Shown here: piece after piece, positions 38,246 through 51,056 of the stretch
Numbering within the stretch: the first letter of the stretch is position 1
Layout of the letters: every line of letters begins with the position of its first letter
Assembly: GCA_002633005.1 (NCBI GenBank)
Contig: NMRA01000416.1
Coordinates: forward strand, 272,018 to 336,017
Source: Phoronis australis
Taxonomy: Eukaryota > Animalia > Phoronida
Length of the DNA stretch: 64,000 bases
Direction of reading: 5' to 3'
Program-made: the position numbers and the translations under genes
The notes under the pieces: model-generated
Databases searched by the model: none
What the model saw: the letters and a program-made list of their open reading frames with translations, nothing else
What the model was told of the DNA's origin: nothing

Positions 38246-40232
38246 CCTCTATTCTCGCCGGAAGGAGTATAGAGATGGCTTGTGTCAGTTGTCTGGCAGC
38301 ACTAGACTTCTACTTTATTTAGTAACTTAGAGAGTTGTTCGCCGATCTGAACAGTGTTTGGATATGAAAAGCTTCACAAGATGAAAGGAAACATAATGTG
38401 TCGTGATTATGTTGTTTGTTTTTGGTTAATTAATCAGACTGGAGTCAAGTTTCCTCAGCCACTTCGGGATGGAAAACTGTTCTGATGGTTTTTACTATTA
38501 CCGACCAGCCTTAGATTCAAATTCGTTTTGTCCCGTGGGCAGGTTGAAAAATAATCTGCATTCAATATCCTTTTTGTTTTCAGCGCGTCACCTTTTTAAC
38601 ATTTGTGTGGTATGTCTTCAGTATAAAACTTTTCCTGCATGGAAATTTCCATACTTTGCATTTCTTGTATCGAAGATCCGTTGGGATAGTTTTTTGCGAA
38701 TTTGGAGAAATCATGCCGTTCCTAGTGTCGCTCTAGCCTCCAGCGCGCAGACGGCTTCGTGCAAGTAGAAAATACACACGAGTTCCTGACTTCGTTTTTT
38801 TCTTGTTTGCGAAATCACACGAACTGACTGCCTCGCTTCAGTGTTATGAATTTACCATCAACTAACACCAACGTAGTATGTACGAACAGCGAGATTATAT
38901 GGATACCGTTACCCAGCGGTCATGAGCATGGAATTACAAGTAAAGGATTACTGTGATGTGGGACCAGTCTGTGCCCTTGCTTGACTGGCCCTCATCCTTG
39001 CTAACTTAGTCGACGTAATTTCTATGTCCAATTATGAGCCAGAGTAGTTCGGAGCTGTCTAGTCTCTGCTGTGTTATGGAACTTGCAGTCTAGCTATGGC
39101 CATGCATTACTAACGAAGCTCGAGTATCACGTGATTTGCAGATGAGCTGAATGTTTTGCCATAAGCCAGGACTTGGCGCGAAAAATCTTCACTGAGTGGA
39201 ACGGACACAATGAATTCAATACCGCAATTGTGACTGCTTCATTAGGCAATATAGTGATTCATTTCATTGCTGATACTTCGTGGGAGTTCATTAGGATTAA
39301 ATGAAGTAACTTTTTAAAATAAGATGGGCAAGGGGAATTCACAACATTATTGAAGTGTTGTTGATCTTCATAACTGGAACGAGTATGTAAAAGTACATTT
39401 CTGTTCCCAATAATTGCCAGACAAAAGAAACCCATCATACAGGTCCAGGAGCTGTATAGTAAGTGGCTATTTTAATAGGTTTTAAAAATCCTAGCAGGTG
39501 AGAAACATTCGCTGTAACGGACCGGGAACCGAAATGTGGCGCTATAAGGGGCTGATATAAAAAATCTCGCCGACTGTATTTCTTTAAGATATCTTGATTG
39601 TACACTCAAATACGAAGCTAAGATTTTTACCGCGAAGTCTATAATTTCGCTGCATTTGAGACCGTTTGTTTTCTTTATTTTTTGATAATGGTGTTGTTTC
39701 TTAAAAGAATAAAGACATGGCTTACATTACTCCTTCTCCAAGTGGTTTGAACTGAAGTCATCTCAGTCTAACTGTAGCCAAGTATTGGAAGTTGGTTAAT
39801 CTATTGCAGAAGTTACTGATGAACATGAAAAGTGGCTGTGCATGCTCACTGTTCAAACCTCCAAACTACACGTGCACACAATTATCCGCCTATTCGTGAA
39901 AATCATTGTAACTCCCACCATCTCCTTCAACTAACTAACAATGACATTTAAAATGAACTTGGTATCTTAAATTTCTTAAAAAGACATAAATCCAGGATAC
40001 GTAGGCTGTTCTCCCTGGTACTGAAAAGCAAGTTATTCACATGCAGTTGACCGTCCTGAATCGCTAATACACCAATGGGCCATTTGAAAACTAATGGGAG
40101 AGCAGCGCCATTTCATGCACAATAGGGTCATTCAATGATTTACCTAAAGTTACTTGTCACGTGCGGAAGATTACGATGCCACCCCTCCCGTTCCTGCAGT
40201 CTCGACCAGTTTCGCGCCACACTCCCGTTAAG

Positions 40233-40496
40233 CATGCGCGCACCCAGGGGAGCTCGGGGTTCTAGAACGAGTCCCCCCATTTGGCGAAGTGGGGAAAAAG
40301 GTCCGCTTCCGAGTAACAAAAAGTCCGGGAAATGAGACAAAAGTGTTCTAAACAAGCACAAACGCGCAATTCATAGTGGTGCCCCCGTTTTTTTTTTCTT
40401 TTTTTTTTTCTTTAGTCCGCCCGCTTTTTTGTTACCAAAAGGTGCACAACGTCAGGAATTCGAGCTCCCCCATATGGAAGGCTGGGTGCACGCATG
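40233..40496. mobile_element. hAT-type MITE with 8-bp TSD
   Basis: TSD CCGTTAAG on both sides; TIR CATGCG(C/T)GCACCCAG; a truncated relative at ~43027-43190 and a matching end at ~750-782. Confidence 0.85.
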
Positions 40497-41818
40497 CCGT
40501 TAAGTTGTGACAGTCTCCCTTGTCTGAGGTCACCCGGTCCTTCTTGCTCACCTCCATCTAGCTACGTCACTGGACCACTCGCATTTGCTCTGTCACCGAA
40601 TTGAAAACCGAGACCCACTTTTGACAACATTTTTCTGAAGTGAACGGTGCATGCATATTTAATATTTTCTACCACTTCTTTGAACAAATAGAAACTTCGG
40701 AACCAGTGCTGGCGGATGTAAGCCCCAAAGCACTGCCACTTTACAAAGCGAAGGAGCGAAATACGTGCACAAAAGCATTACGAAACATAATTAATGACCT
40801 CAGTAATTGAGTCGTGTATTCTGCTGACAAGTCATATATTAACCTAGCTGATTTAAAAGACAGGGCACGGCTTTTTACTTTGAAATGTGGGAGGGGTCTT
40901 TGAAATGTGGGGGCCGGGGGGGGGGGTCATTTTCGACATGGTTTTTTAATTCAGAGGAAAACATCATGCAAACCATACCTCACATTTAATTGTGACATTG
41001 ATTTTGTATGTCTTTAGCTTGATCTCATGTGCATGGAAAAGTTGCATTGGAGCGCGTCCTAACTTTATTTACACCTTTTTATTCTTGAGGTCTTCTTAAA
41101 TTCCCTAATTCTGGAAACCAGTTTGCAATTTTGTTTTGACGTTTCACTAAGTCCTGCCCTTTCCATCTCAAGCTATGGCGAGAACCCTGGCTAATAAGAT
41201 CGAGTAGCAGCGTGTAATAATAGTGACATAAAAAGGAAATGAACCAGAGAGGTTATACGACTACTGGCCAAAGTGCAGCCGGCTACTAAAAAAAAAAAAA
41301 AAAAAAAAACGATCAAAATACACCAAATCAGCAGTTTTTACCCCAAAGCCACTGTTTCCATGCGATTACTACGAATTAAGGGACACGTCTCTGCGTTCAG
41401 GCTGTCAAAACTCTCCAGTGAGATCACACTGAGAAATCAGGTAGGCCGGGAGTAGGCATCGATCACCTGCCAGATTTTTTACAAATCCAATTGTATGATG
41501 CCGGGTACCTGTTTTTCTTATCGAAATTTCAACTTCCCGCGCGCAAGCAATGAAGGTAAGTAATTAAACGTGTACATGTCAAGCGGCAGGCTGCCTTCCA
41601 CTCATTCCAGCACTGACTCAAAAATCAAAGGCCTGCCAAGTTTCAACTGCCCGCATTCAAGCAATACAGACTTCCGTTCAATAACGCTAGGACCTCGCTA
41701 AAAAGCAAGAGTTCGCGAGATTACGTGAGATCTTGCCTTGTACTTTCAATGAGAACACGTGATTCTGGCTCGAAATTTAGCTACAATGGTCCTAGCGCTA
41801 CTGAACACACGCCGCTTA

Positions 41819-42452
41819 GGAGGCACTGAACAGTTCTCACAGGTGTTAGCCTGTCAGAACACACGTCAATTGACTCTTCACCCTTTCTTCCGACTCATCC
41901 GCAAAACCAGCATGCAAATCATAAAAGTCATTCCACAAGCCTTACAGATGACCACAGGAACTTTATTCTCTCTTGTATTTTTGAACCTTTCGCTCCCAGT
42001 GGAAACCAAGTCAGTCTAAGAAAAATAAGGGCAAAAAAGCAAAATCGGCAGAAGGTAAAACCACCACTTCCCTGCCAATGCTCGACTAAATCCAACATGA
42101 GATATTCCGAAAGCAAATTTCCTACCGATTCCAAAAATGTGGTCCAAAAGTACTGTCAACCAACTAGTCAGTTTTTGCAAATCTGGCTTGTTTGAGGGCT
42201 ACCTGAAATCGCGGCCAATTTCTCAGTTGGTACACGTACAGCAATGCACAATTGAAACTGGGGGGCCACCATCTTGAAGAGTGCAGGTACAGCCGAGAAA
42301 GTAGCCTTTTTTCATTCTCAGCATGTTCACAAATCCAAACAAAACACATTCACTTAGCCTACCTAACTAAAAATACCCCCAAGCTTGGCCTAGTCCTAGA
42401 TTTCATCGGCACTGCAAATTGGCCGCGGCCGCAGCCTAACTGTTCAGTGCCA
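41819..42452 (+). mobile_element. PIF/Harbinger-like MITE (copy 1)
   Basis: TTA-GGAGGCACTGAACAGTT...AACTGTTCAGTGCCA-TTA; reverse-complement homolog at 51735-52395. Confidence 0.8.
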
Positions 42453-43298
42453 TTAGATTGAAAGGCATGCTCGACTGTGAGCAAAACTGGGTCAAGAGGT
42501 CAACAGCATGCATTAGCAATTCTTCCACTCAGAACAAAATAAGAAAACAAGCAAATGTATATTTTCATGCAGTACAGAACACAGAAAACCCAGCAAACGG
42601 CCATTTTCAATCATTATTAAGTCGGGAAAATTCAACTGTGGCTTACAAAACTGTTGAGTGTCATCTCAACCTCTGTCTGAGTCTAGCGTTCTGTATCGAA
42701 CAGCAGTGCCCAAGTGAATACAGCTGCTGTGACACTTGTTTACGTCCAAGCTCGCCATCTGTGAACACGGTCCGGGGGTTACTCCAGACGACGATCCGTG
42801 CCGAAGGTGACTTAACTAATACAGTTTCTGGCTAAGAAAGGGAGACTTTTATTGAAAAAAATCTTTTCGGTAAGGTATCTTTTTCGACAAGGTTACTTAC
42901 AAAAGGATTAATTTTGTGAGACTCGAAACTCTATTTTTCACTACAACTATACATAGGCCTAGTCCGTGACGGTGAGAATTATTATCGACATTTTAACCCT
43001 TTTTTATTCCAAAAGAAGCCATATTTCATGCGCGCACCCAGGGGGGAGGGGAGGGGGGGGCTCGGGGGGCTCGTTCGAGCCCCCCAATTGGCGAGGTGGG
43101 CAAAAAGGTCCGCCTCTTAGAAAGAAAAGTCCGGAACGAGAAAATGAGACAAACGCGCAATTCACAGTGGTGCGCCCGTATTTTTTATGAATGGCTTTGC
43201 ATTATATCGAGCTTAATGGATTAACAATGCACGTGAGAGTTCTTACGAAATGTCAGTATGAATCACAAGCCTGCTGGGGGGGGGGGGGGGGGGGGGGG

Positions 43299-43318
43299 NN
43301 NNNNNNNNNNNNNNNNNN
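43299..43318. other. Assembly gap (20 N) after a poly-G run
   Basis: Run of n following more than 20 G. Confidence 0.95.
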
Positions 43319-44078
43319 GGGTGAGGTTGATCAATCCAAAGTAGTGTGATGCAGTTGCAAGAACATATCCATTCAAAATGGTGACTTTCTCACAGATGCT
43401 TCCTTTACAAATTGTTTTCTTAGACTTCGAGTTCACTCTTTAAATGAATAGGTATTACCAGCTGCAGTCTCCTCATAAAATTGGTCGAATAACATAACAA
43501 GTAATTATTGGGTGCGTCTCTTTCAATGAGCAAAGCCTTCAGCACCAGAGAGTCGTGTTCGTATGCGAGCCTCACAAGTTGTTCGTGTAGGCCTGAATAA
43601 CTCGCACTCAAGAATCAAGACTCTTTTCCACACATGAGACTCTTTCGATCGGTCTAGGGCCTCACATAATATCAGTGACGTCAGAGTGTGCTATTGAAGA
43701 TTACTGCACTGGCCTACTGTACGTCGACAGCTCGATCGATTTTCTTGGTGAGAAGTTTCATAGTCGACGTTTCGCGACAGGTAAACATTTGTTTCATCAT
43801 GTAATTTATGACTATGCTATGCGTTTCATCATGTACTTAATGGCTATACTATGCGTTCAGGGATGCCTTGGTTAACTTTCACTTTGGTCTAATAGCCAAG
43901 TGGTGGTCCCCGGCCTGCCTATCTAGGGTTTTTACCATGTGGAATTTCTGTCTGTAGTCTTTACACTTTGGGGTCGATACTGCGAGACACATTTCCTCGA
44001 ATAGATGACCTGCACCTTTTCGTTTTCGTATAGTTTGAATTGCAGTTTTATGGAGGACCAATAGAGCCTTGTTGCAAC

Positions 44079-44756
44079 TGTAATCGGGACGCTCGGCGAG
44101 TGCCTGCGTCCGAGTCGTGTCGAGCCCGGACAGGACTTGTGAATTATTTTAGTACTAAAACGAATGAACTTTTAAGTCAAAGGAAACAATCGCCACCATG
44201 ATGTTGTAGTATATAGTATGCAGCATTTATTAACTAAACAAAACAGTAACAGTCGCGCTAGTACGCCTTCACAACTACTGAAGCAATCTGGCGCTGTCGG
44301 ACTCTGATCGGTCTTTGGTCTGGGTTGTAATAGTTGCTGTGAGCGTGCGTTTGTGATTTAAGCCCCAGCGTTTTGTGGGGAGAACTACGAGAACAATCAC
44401 TTGCTTTTGGAGTAAATGGGAGTGAATTTAGAGATGTAGCCGAAAGTTTCAGGGGCTAAACCTTAGTGTGCTTACGCATTCTTAACTGCGAGCTCCGCTT
44501 CGGTTGAATTAGGTTGTGCCGAAATTTTGCACGACGCAAAAGTGACCGAACTCTCGAAACTACGAGGTGGCCCACTATTTATAGAGGCTGTGACATGACA
44601 AACTGGGCCAATGAAAAGTCACCAAGTTAAAGTTCTTGGAATTTACGTTCCCTGACCAAATAAGGCATGACCAAAATGTAAGAATGCACTAGTACCGACG
44701 ATGACCAACAGGTGTCGTGCTAATACAGAGACAGAGATGAGGTCATTGCTGTTACA
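44079..44756 (-). mobile_element. Probable solo LTR (Gypsy/BEL-type), 678 bp
   Basis: TGTAA...TTACA termini, flanks caac/caag (4-bp TSD with one mismatch); minus-strand TATAAATA at ~44580 followed by AATAAA at ~44228; CCAAT at ~44608. Confidence 0.6.
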
Positions 44757-47700
44757 CAAGCATAGGTAATTATAATAAATCAATCAATTTATTCCTGTAA
44801 TAAAGGCCATAGGCCCCGCACTGTACAAAAGAACAGCATGTAACAGACTTAAGAGTGCAGCAAGCCATCACGGAGACGAAAAGCGTAAAATACGTATTTA
44901 CATCGCCTGTGGACGCAGCAGGCGTCAGCTAAGGAGCTACAGGTGTAGGACCTATGTGACTTGTGTTACCTAGTAGAAACAAAGCGGGTTTGGAGTCCTC
45001 TGTCTCAGTCAGACAATGCTTTCCCGTTCGCAAACTTACTACTAAAAACCTGAACGATTTAGCTGTCGGCTTGAGTTTTTTAAACCGGTGACGGCCGTTT
45101 TGGCTAGCAAATTTGTAGTCCCAGCCGGTACTAAGGATTCATGGGTAGGGAAGCAGGCCTAGGCCTATAGTATTCATATGTTATTTCTGGTGAACCTGCT
45201 TTGAAAACCGCGGAACAGAGGAAATTATGAAACAAAAATCAATTTTTATAGTGTTAAAATCTGCACTGTTTAAAGATTCTGTCACATTGTATGAATGGAT
45301 TGAATTCAACTTATCATACATGCAATTGATCAAGAAAGTTTTGATTGTGTTGGATTTCGTGGTTTCCCGTGTATTTTCACAGCGACATCCGAATGTAAGT
45401 TTCAGCTGGCACGCTGTGTCAACCCATCGCATACGGCGTATCAACAAGCCCTGTGATTGCCTGCCTTTTCACGCAATAACTCAATGGTTAAACCATAAAA
45501 TGCGTTTGCCAATACAAGGAAGTTTGGATTGTCAACCCAGTGGTTGGCTGAAGTTCTTGGAACACATTATTTTTATGATCAGTAGCTGTTGTGAAAGCCG
45601 AGTGCTGGGTCTGTGATTAGAGCTAACTGTTATGAGCCTCTGTTTATGAGGGGTGGGGGACGGTGGGGGACGCATTCCACTATTTCGTTTTGTTGGAAGC
45701 CTAGTGCTGGTTCTGATCAAATCGGGCACATTTGAGCGGCTCAGCGCCTAATTAGATGTATAACCGTATTAAAAACAAATTATACAAATGGAATACTTAT
45801 CGTTTTCGTGGTTTCACCTTCATTAGTATTTATATAAGAAAAATTTTACGCCATATGTATTCGCTGAGAAAGTTTTTGGAACCTTGCTAAATGAGAAATT
45901 ATCAACTCTTGAAATAGGAAATGGCTTTTACATTGTATATTTGCATACACACTCTAGGCTATAGACGAGCTAGGTTTCTCTCTACTTTGGCGACAACAAC
46001 TCCTTTCAACAACAGCAAGCTATGCGCGCAGAAGCAACACAGTTTTTCTTTTGCCTGTCCTTGGGTCCGTTGAAAAGTATTGAATTAAACTGAAAGACAC
46101 AATTTCTACCCAAATACGTGAAATAGTGTAGATTAGTTGTCCTAACGCATTAAAGCATCATCTAACTCCGAGTTTGGTCTTAGTGATTGAATTCCCTACA
46201 AAGAGTTAACTTTCCAACTACACAAGTTTACAAAGATTTTTATTATTAAATGTAATTTGAAAATTTCTCATTTTTGGTAACATGGCATCCCTTCTTTTAT
46301 TATTTTAGGTTAAATAGGAATTAAAAATTCAGAAAGAATCCCAGTTAAAGGGCTTAGCACGTGTTTGAAGTTAACACCTACAAAATAATACGCGACATTT
46401 TTCAAATCGGTCCATTTTTCGAGTCTTCTTTTAAATGTGTGGATATCTTATATCTCCAGGTGCACCCCCCCCCCCCNCCCCCCCCCCCAAAAAATACAAT
46501 CTAGTAATCCCGGGCACTTTTCCGAATCGCTGAGTTTTTGTGTACTTTAATTCGCTTTTAAGATCAGTTGGGGGTTCCTACAAAGAAGATGAATTACCAT
46601 CCAGATCTACATCCCAACCTCATCATAAAAACATCGCCCTGCAGGCCCTTTGTCAGTATTTTACTGGGTACTGGCCACATCGTAACTTTGTTACTGGTTT
46701 GCTCGTATAGGCAATAGGCTACTCACGGGGGTGCGTGTTTAACGCGGATTTCGTGTTTGCTTTGCGGGGACTCGTATTTAGGGGATCAAAGCTGGAATTT
46801 AGATTGTGCGGCCATGGAATCGTTTCCACCCCCTAAGCTTTCTAATGTCTATCACTCGCTCACAGTGTGGCTTTTTACCGTAAACGAACACAAGTTGACG
46901 GTTTAAGGTTGACCAGGTTACGGAACAAATTGTTGTAACATTTTGTTTTTTACCAAATCAGTGTTGAATATCACCCAAATTTATTAAACTTTGATAAAAC
47001 CACTTTTTAAAAATAATATAAACCAATCACTGACTATAGTGTTGTTTCCAGGTGACCAAACTAACTTCAACGATCTTGGGGAATGCGCTATTAATACAAA
47101 CCGCTTGAAATTCCATAGATGAGTTTTAATTGAGAGGAGCAAGACTAACGATGATTCTCGAACGGATCGGTTCACTGTGGCGCACCGTAGTAGAAATTTA
47201 GTTGTATTTTCGCACGATATTCTTCTTTATCTACAATATCTTTGAAATTTCATGAAACGTGGCTAGTAGATTTCCATTAAGGAGATTGCGAAACTTACCC
47301 ATTCTTGGATAGATTCAACGTATTCTGTGCCCCTAGTGGTAATTATTATATTTTTGGCGTCCGCCTCTCTATCCGTCTAAGCGCTTGAATGATCAATATG
47401 AAATCTTGCAAACGTGTTCCTATTTCCCATTGATTGTCGGACGGGTGGCGCCCCCCATAGGGGCAAATTTGTTTTTGGAAGTACCTCATCATGTAATATC
47501 TACCAAAGTTTGTTGACGGATGGCGTTGATTTTTGAAACTATTGTAACGTCCTTTAGTGGCAATCAGTTCCTTGATTGATGTTCGCGATCTTTTTGACAA
47601 ATAAGTTTGTACCAAGAAGATGACAGTACCTGTATTGTTTCAGACAGATTTCACTTATGCCGCGCCCTCTAGTGGACTTTTTATTTTGTGTTAATGATTA

Positions 47701-47820
47701 CATGACACTTATAAACTCCTCTGGAAGCACGCCATTCAGCGATGCAGTCGTGGATTCTCATTGCGATCTTTTAATATTTCTTCACGTTTGCAATCCTTTA
47801 TATTGTAGATAACAAAAAGC

Positions 47821-48468
47821 ATGCAACCAACAAGAGTATCGTACGCGACTTCGACAGCGAGAAGCTTGGCTGTCACACAACTTGTGCTTGGTGGGCTCGG
47901 TATTATCGCAGGCATTGCAGTGATGGTGGTGTATACACCGTGGTGGGCGTCCACATTCACAGGTGCCATGGAAATCTGGATGCCCATTTCGTTTGTTGTC
48001 GCCGGCATTTTAGGAGTCGTGGCGGCGAGTCAGAGTACCACCGGCATCATTGTGGCACACATGGTACTGTCGATCATCGCGTCTGTCCTCGCATGCGTCT
48101 TGTTCATCGAGGGATGTATATACTCAAGGCTGCTAGGGCCTCACATTGCCGTCGCCATATTGTCGTTCGCCGAATTCGTTATCTCTATCATATCTGCTGC
48201 CTTTTGCTGCCGCGCCGTCTGCTGTGGCAACTCGGCCGGTCACGGAATGTTGTTGTCGGGTCAGCCAGAAGGATCCACTGTGGTCGTGACCAGCGGCCAA
48301 CCGGTTGTATACCAACAGCATTATGTCGCTCAGCCTGGCATGCAGTATGCCCCCGCAGGTCAGTACATGATTCAGTCCGGTGTCCATCAACAGATGGCGC
48401 CCCACCAGTACGCTTATGACCAGACCCCTGCAGAGTACCCAGTTCAGAAACCTGTCCAAAACCCATAA
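47821..48468 (+). CDS. CD20/MS4A-like four-transmembrane protein, paralog B (215 aa)
   Basis: Clear alignment to paralog A (TQLVLG, MEIWMPI, STTGIIVAHMV, ISAAFCCRAVCC, TVVVTSGQPVVY, QQHYVAQPG); same ttgtag|ataa acceptor just before the ATG. Confidence 0.85.
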   Translation: MQPTRVSYATSTARSLAVTQLVLGGLGIIAGIAVMVVYTPWWASTFTGAMEIWMPISFVVAGILGVVAASQSTTGIIVAHMVLSIIASVLACVLFIEGCIYSRLLGPHIAVAILSFAEFVISIISAAFCCRAVCCGNSAGHGMLLSGQPEGSTVVVTSGQPVVYQQHYVAQPGMQYAPAGQYMIQSGVHQQMAPHQYAYDQTPAEYPVQKPVQNP

Positions 48469-50367
48469 GTCGGCGGACAAGCAGCAATCGAAATCAAAGC
48501 TCTGATGTACTCTGCATAGCCAATCTCGCGAGGTCCACCGTGACAGCAACTGACTCTATGATAGTTGCGTTTGAACAATGCAAACGCAGGGCAATGCATG
48601 CAGCTCATGTTTCTCAGAGGCATGTTGCACGTCTTTTGATTTGTCGCGAGACCTTTGGCTTCCATATGCTCGGACTGCTAGGACTCCAAATCTCTGACAA
48701 TACGTATAGTTTCTCAGTTAAGTCATATTTAGCAGTTAAATGAAGTCACGTGTGGAGCTGGTGAAAAGAAAATTCACCAATTATGTGAAAGTTTCAGAAA
48801 TTATATTTTTCACTTGTCTAATACATTTGATGGGCGTTCGATACACTTTAGAGCTAGCGTGTGATGTTTTATTGTTATTGGTGTATGTATATTAACCCTT
48901 TTATCGCGCGATTAAACAAATATGGGCTCTCAACAAAACATGTTGATTTCATAAGGCAAAATACTTGCTGCACGTTAAATGATAAGTGTGCACTTGGCCC
49001 TCATCCGTTTAATGACAACTCAAAAACACTTGTTGGACGTGAGATGTGACGTTGTTAAATGGACTGTCCTGCCGGTTAATTACAGTTTCTCGAACACGGT
49101 GTCGAGTCAATTATACTAATAGATGGCACTTGTGAGGACTAAATTCACTATTCTGTTTATGTATTTACGTTAAAATTGCCCGCCATTAGTTGTTCCATAT
49201 TTGTTCTTGGTTCATATGATGCCTAACACCCTGATCAAAGATCGCCGCAACTTCCTGAAGTCCATCAAACCAGAGAAATTGCGTCCACAGTAGCACTTAC
49301 TCCGGAACAAGGTGCAATGCGCCAAACCACCTAATTATCTTTTTCAGTATAGACTTCAAGCTAGCTACAGATTACGTCATCTGATTTGCAGGAGTCAATG
49401 AATTACAAATTTGCGTACAATGAACCATTATGTTGTGATTGAATTTCTGTCCAACAAATTTGTACTGGGATCTAGCGGAAGTCGCTTAGGCGCTCTCTAT
49501 ATTCTATAGAGCGTCAATTTGGAAAGTCCCATATTGTCCATTATTATTTTTGTAAATATTTTTTCTCAGTGAGTTCCAGAATTTCAAGAAAAACGTAACA
49601 ACATTTCAGTGTCAGTAAAAATCGTAAGTAATAAAAAATGAGACCCGTATTAGTCATTTCACTCACTGCTGCTTCATTGTTGTTGCTGACGTAGCAGGTG
49701 GAAAAGCATAAAAATCCCTAAATACTTCATTTATGTAGGATTTTTGAAGTGCAGTTGCAGTAAGATGGCGTCTGAATTAGGAACTCGAAGTAGCCTCTTT
49801 TCATACTCTCGGAGAAACGCCTACAATGGCAACCCAACAGCCACCTCCTCACTTGGAATCTAAACGTTAGCCATACTTATATTACTTGTATTAACTTCAC
49901 CTGAAAGTGGCCAATCACCTTCGGCCACCATGAGGGAACTGGGTCTGTTAGACGTTAGACTACAAAGCATTTGTGGGGGAGGTATGTTTCCGCCCTGCAA
50001 TATTCCGAGTGTTTATGAGTACTGATTAATTAACAATTAGCTAATCAAAGTTTCGTAACGCAAAAATTTGTTTTTATATTTTAAAATAACATTGAAAATT
50101 GAAGAGGCTCCCCCCAACCATAAAATGTTTCTTACGCCTATGCAAAGTGTCGCAACTGCAAAACATTTCGTAACCCTCAATGCGACAATTTGTGCAGAGT
50201 TTCGAAGCACAAAAGTGTCACAATTTGTGGTTTGTGGGGTTGTACAAACTGTGGTAACCCTCCAATTGTGGCAATTCGCGCAGACCTTAGAGGCGCAAAT
50301 TATAATCAATCTGCATTTGGGTGCTGTCACGACTTGTTCCCAGCCTATGGGTTATATGATAGGACGA

Positions 50368-50614
50368 CTATGGTTGGCGCATTGCGTCATATTTCCGAAT
50401 TATGTCAGATATAGATAGAGTAATGGTGGATTTTAATGTTATTTATGTCTGATATAAATAGAGGAATGGTTGACATAAATGAATTATGTACCATATTATT
50501 TGAGAATTATGTCAGATTAAATTAATCTTCGTGAGACATAATCAATTATTTCACCCATAATTCCGATTTATGTTAGACACAATCCGGAATTATGTCGCCC
50601 TGCGCCAACCATAG
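50368..50614. mobile_element. Small MITE with internal attatgtc repeats
   Basis: Perfect 14-bp TIR CTATGGTTGGCGCA / TGCGCCAACCATAG. Confidence 0.65.
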
Positions 50615-51056
50615 GCCACCTGGCATGAGATAATATTATTATTATATATTAATATTATGTGACAACACGATGATTGAAAAGATATCGTCATAGCAATTTA
50701 AAGGTGTCAAGGTTGGCAGACTGACACTGTCGTCGGAAGCTGCGATGTTAGCATAAGTACCTTTAATTGACATACGGTGAGAAAACATGAGGACATTGAC
50801 ACTCAAAACCTGTAGCCTGTGAATGAAATCTTAGGCATTTTTGCTTCGTCCACTGCTGCTCGTTTCCGATATAAATCGTTTAAAAGGAACTTCGGTGCGT
50901 CAATAAACGTTAGAACAACTTGTACGTGTTATTTCGTCAGAATTTGAACTGTGGGTCACGACTCCACAAACCACAAGTTGTTGCAACGAAAAATTATGAC
51001 AATATGTGCTTCGAAGATCTGCACAAACTCAGTCTCAAGTTGAGCTTTTGAGTTAA

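Noticed and set aside
37596-48665. Overlapping alternative-frame and antisense ORFs over the two MS4A-like genes
   Set aside because: Expected shadows of GC-rich coding sequence; no motifs, and not evidently conserved between the paralogs
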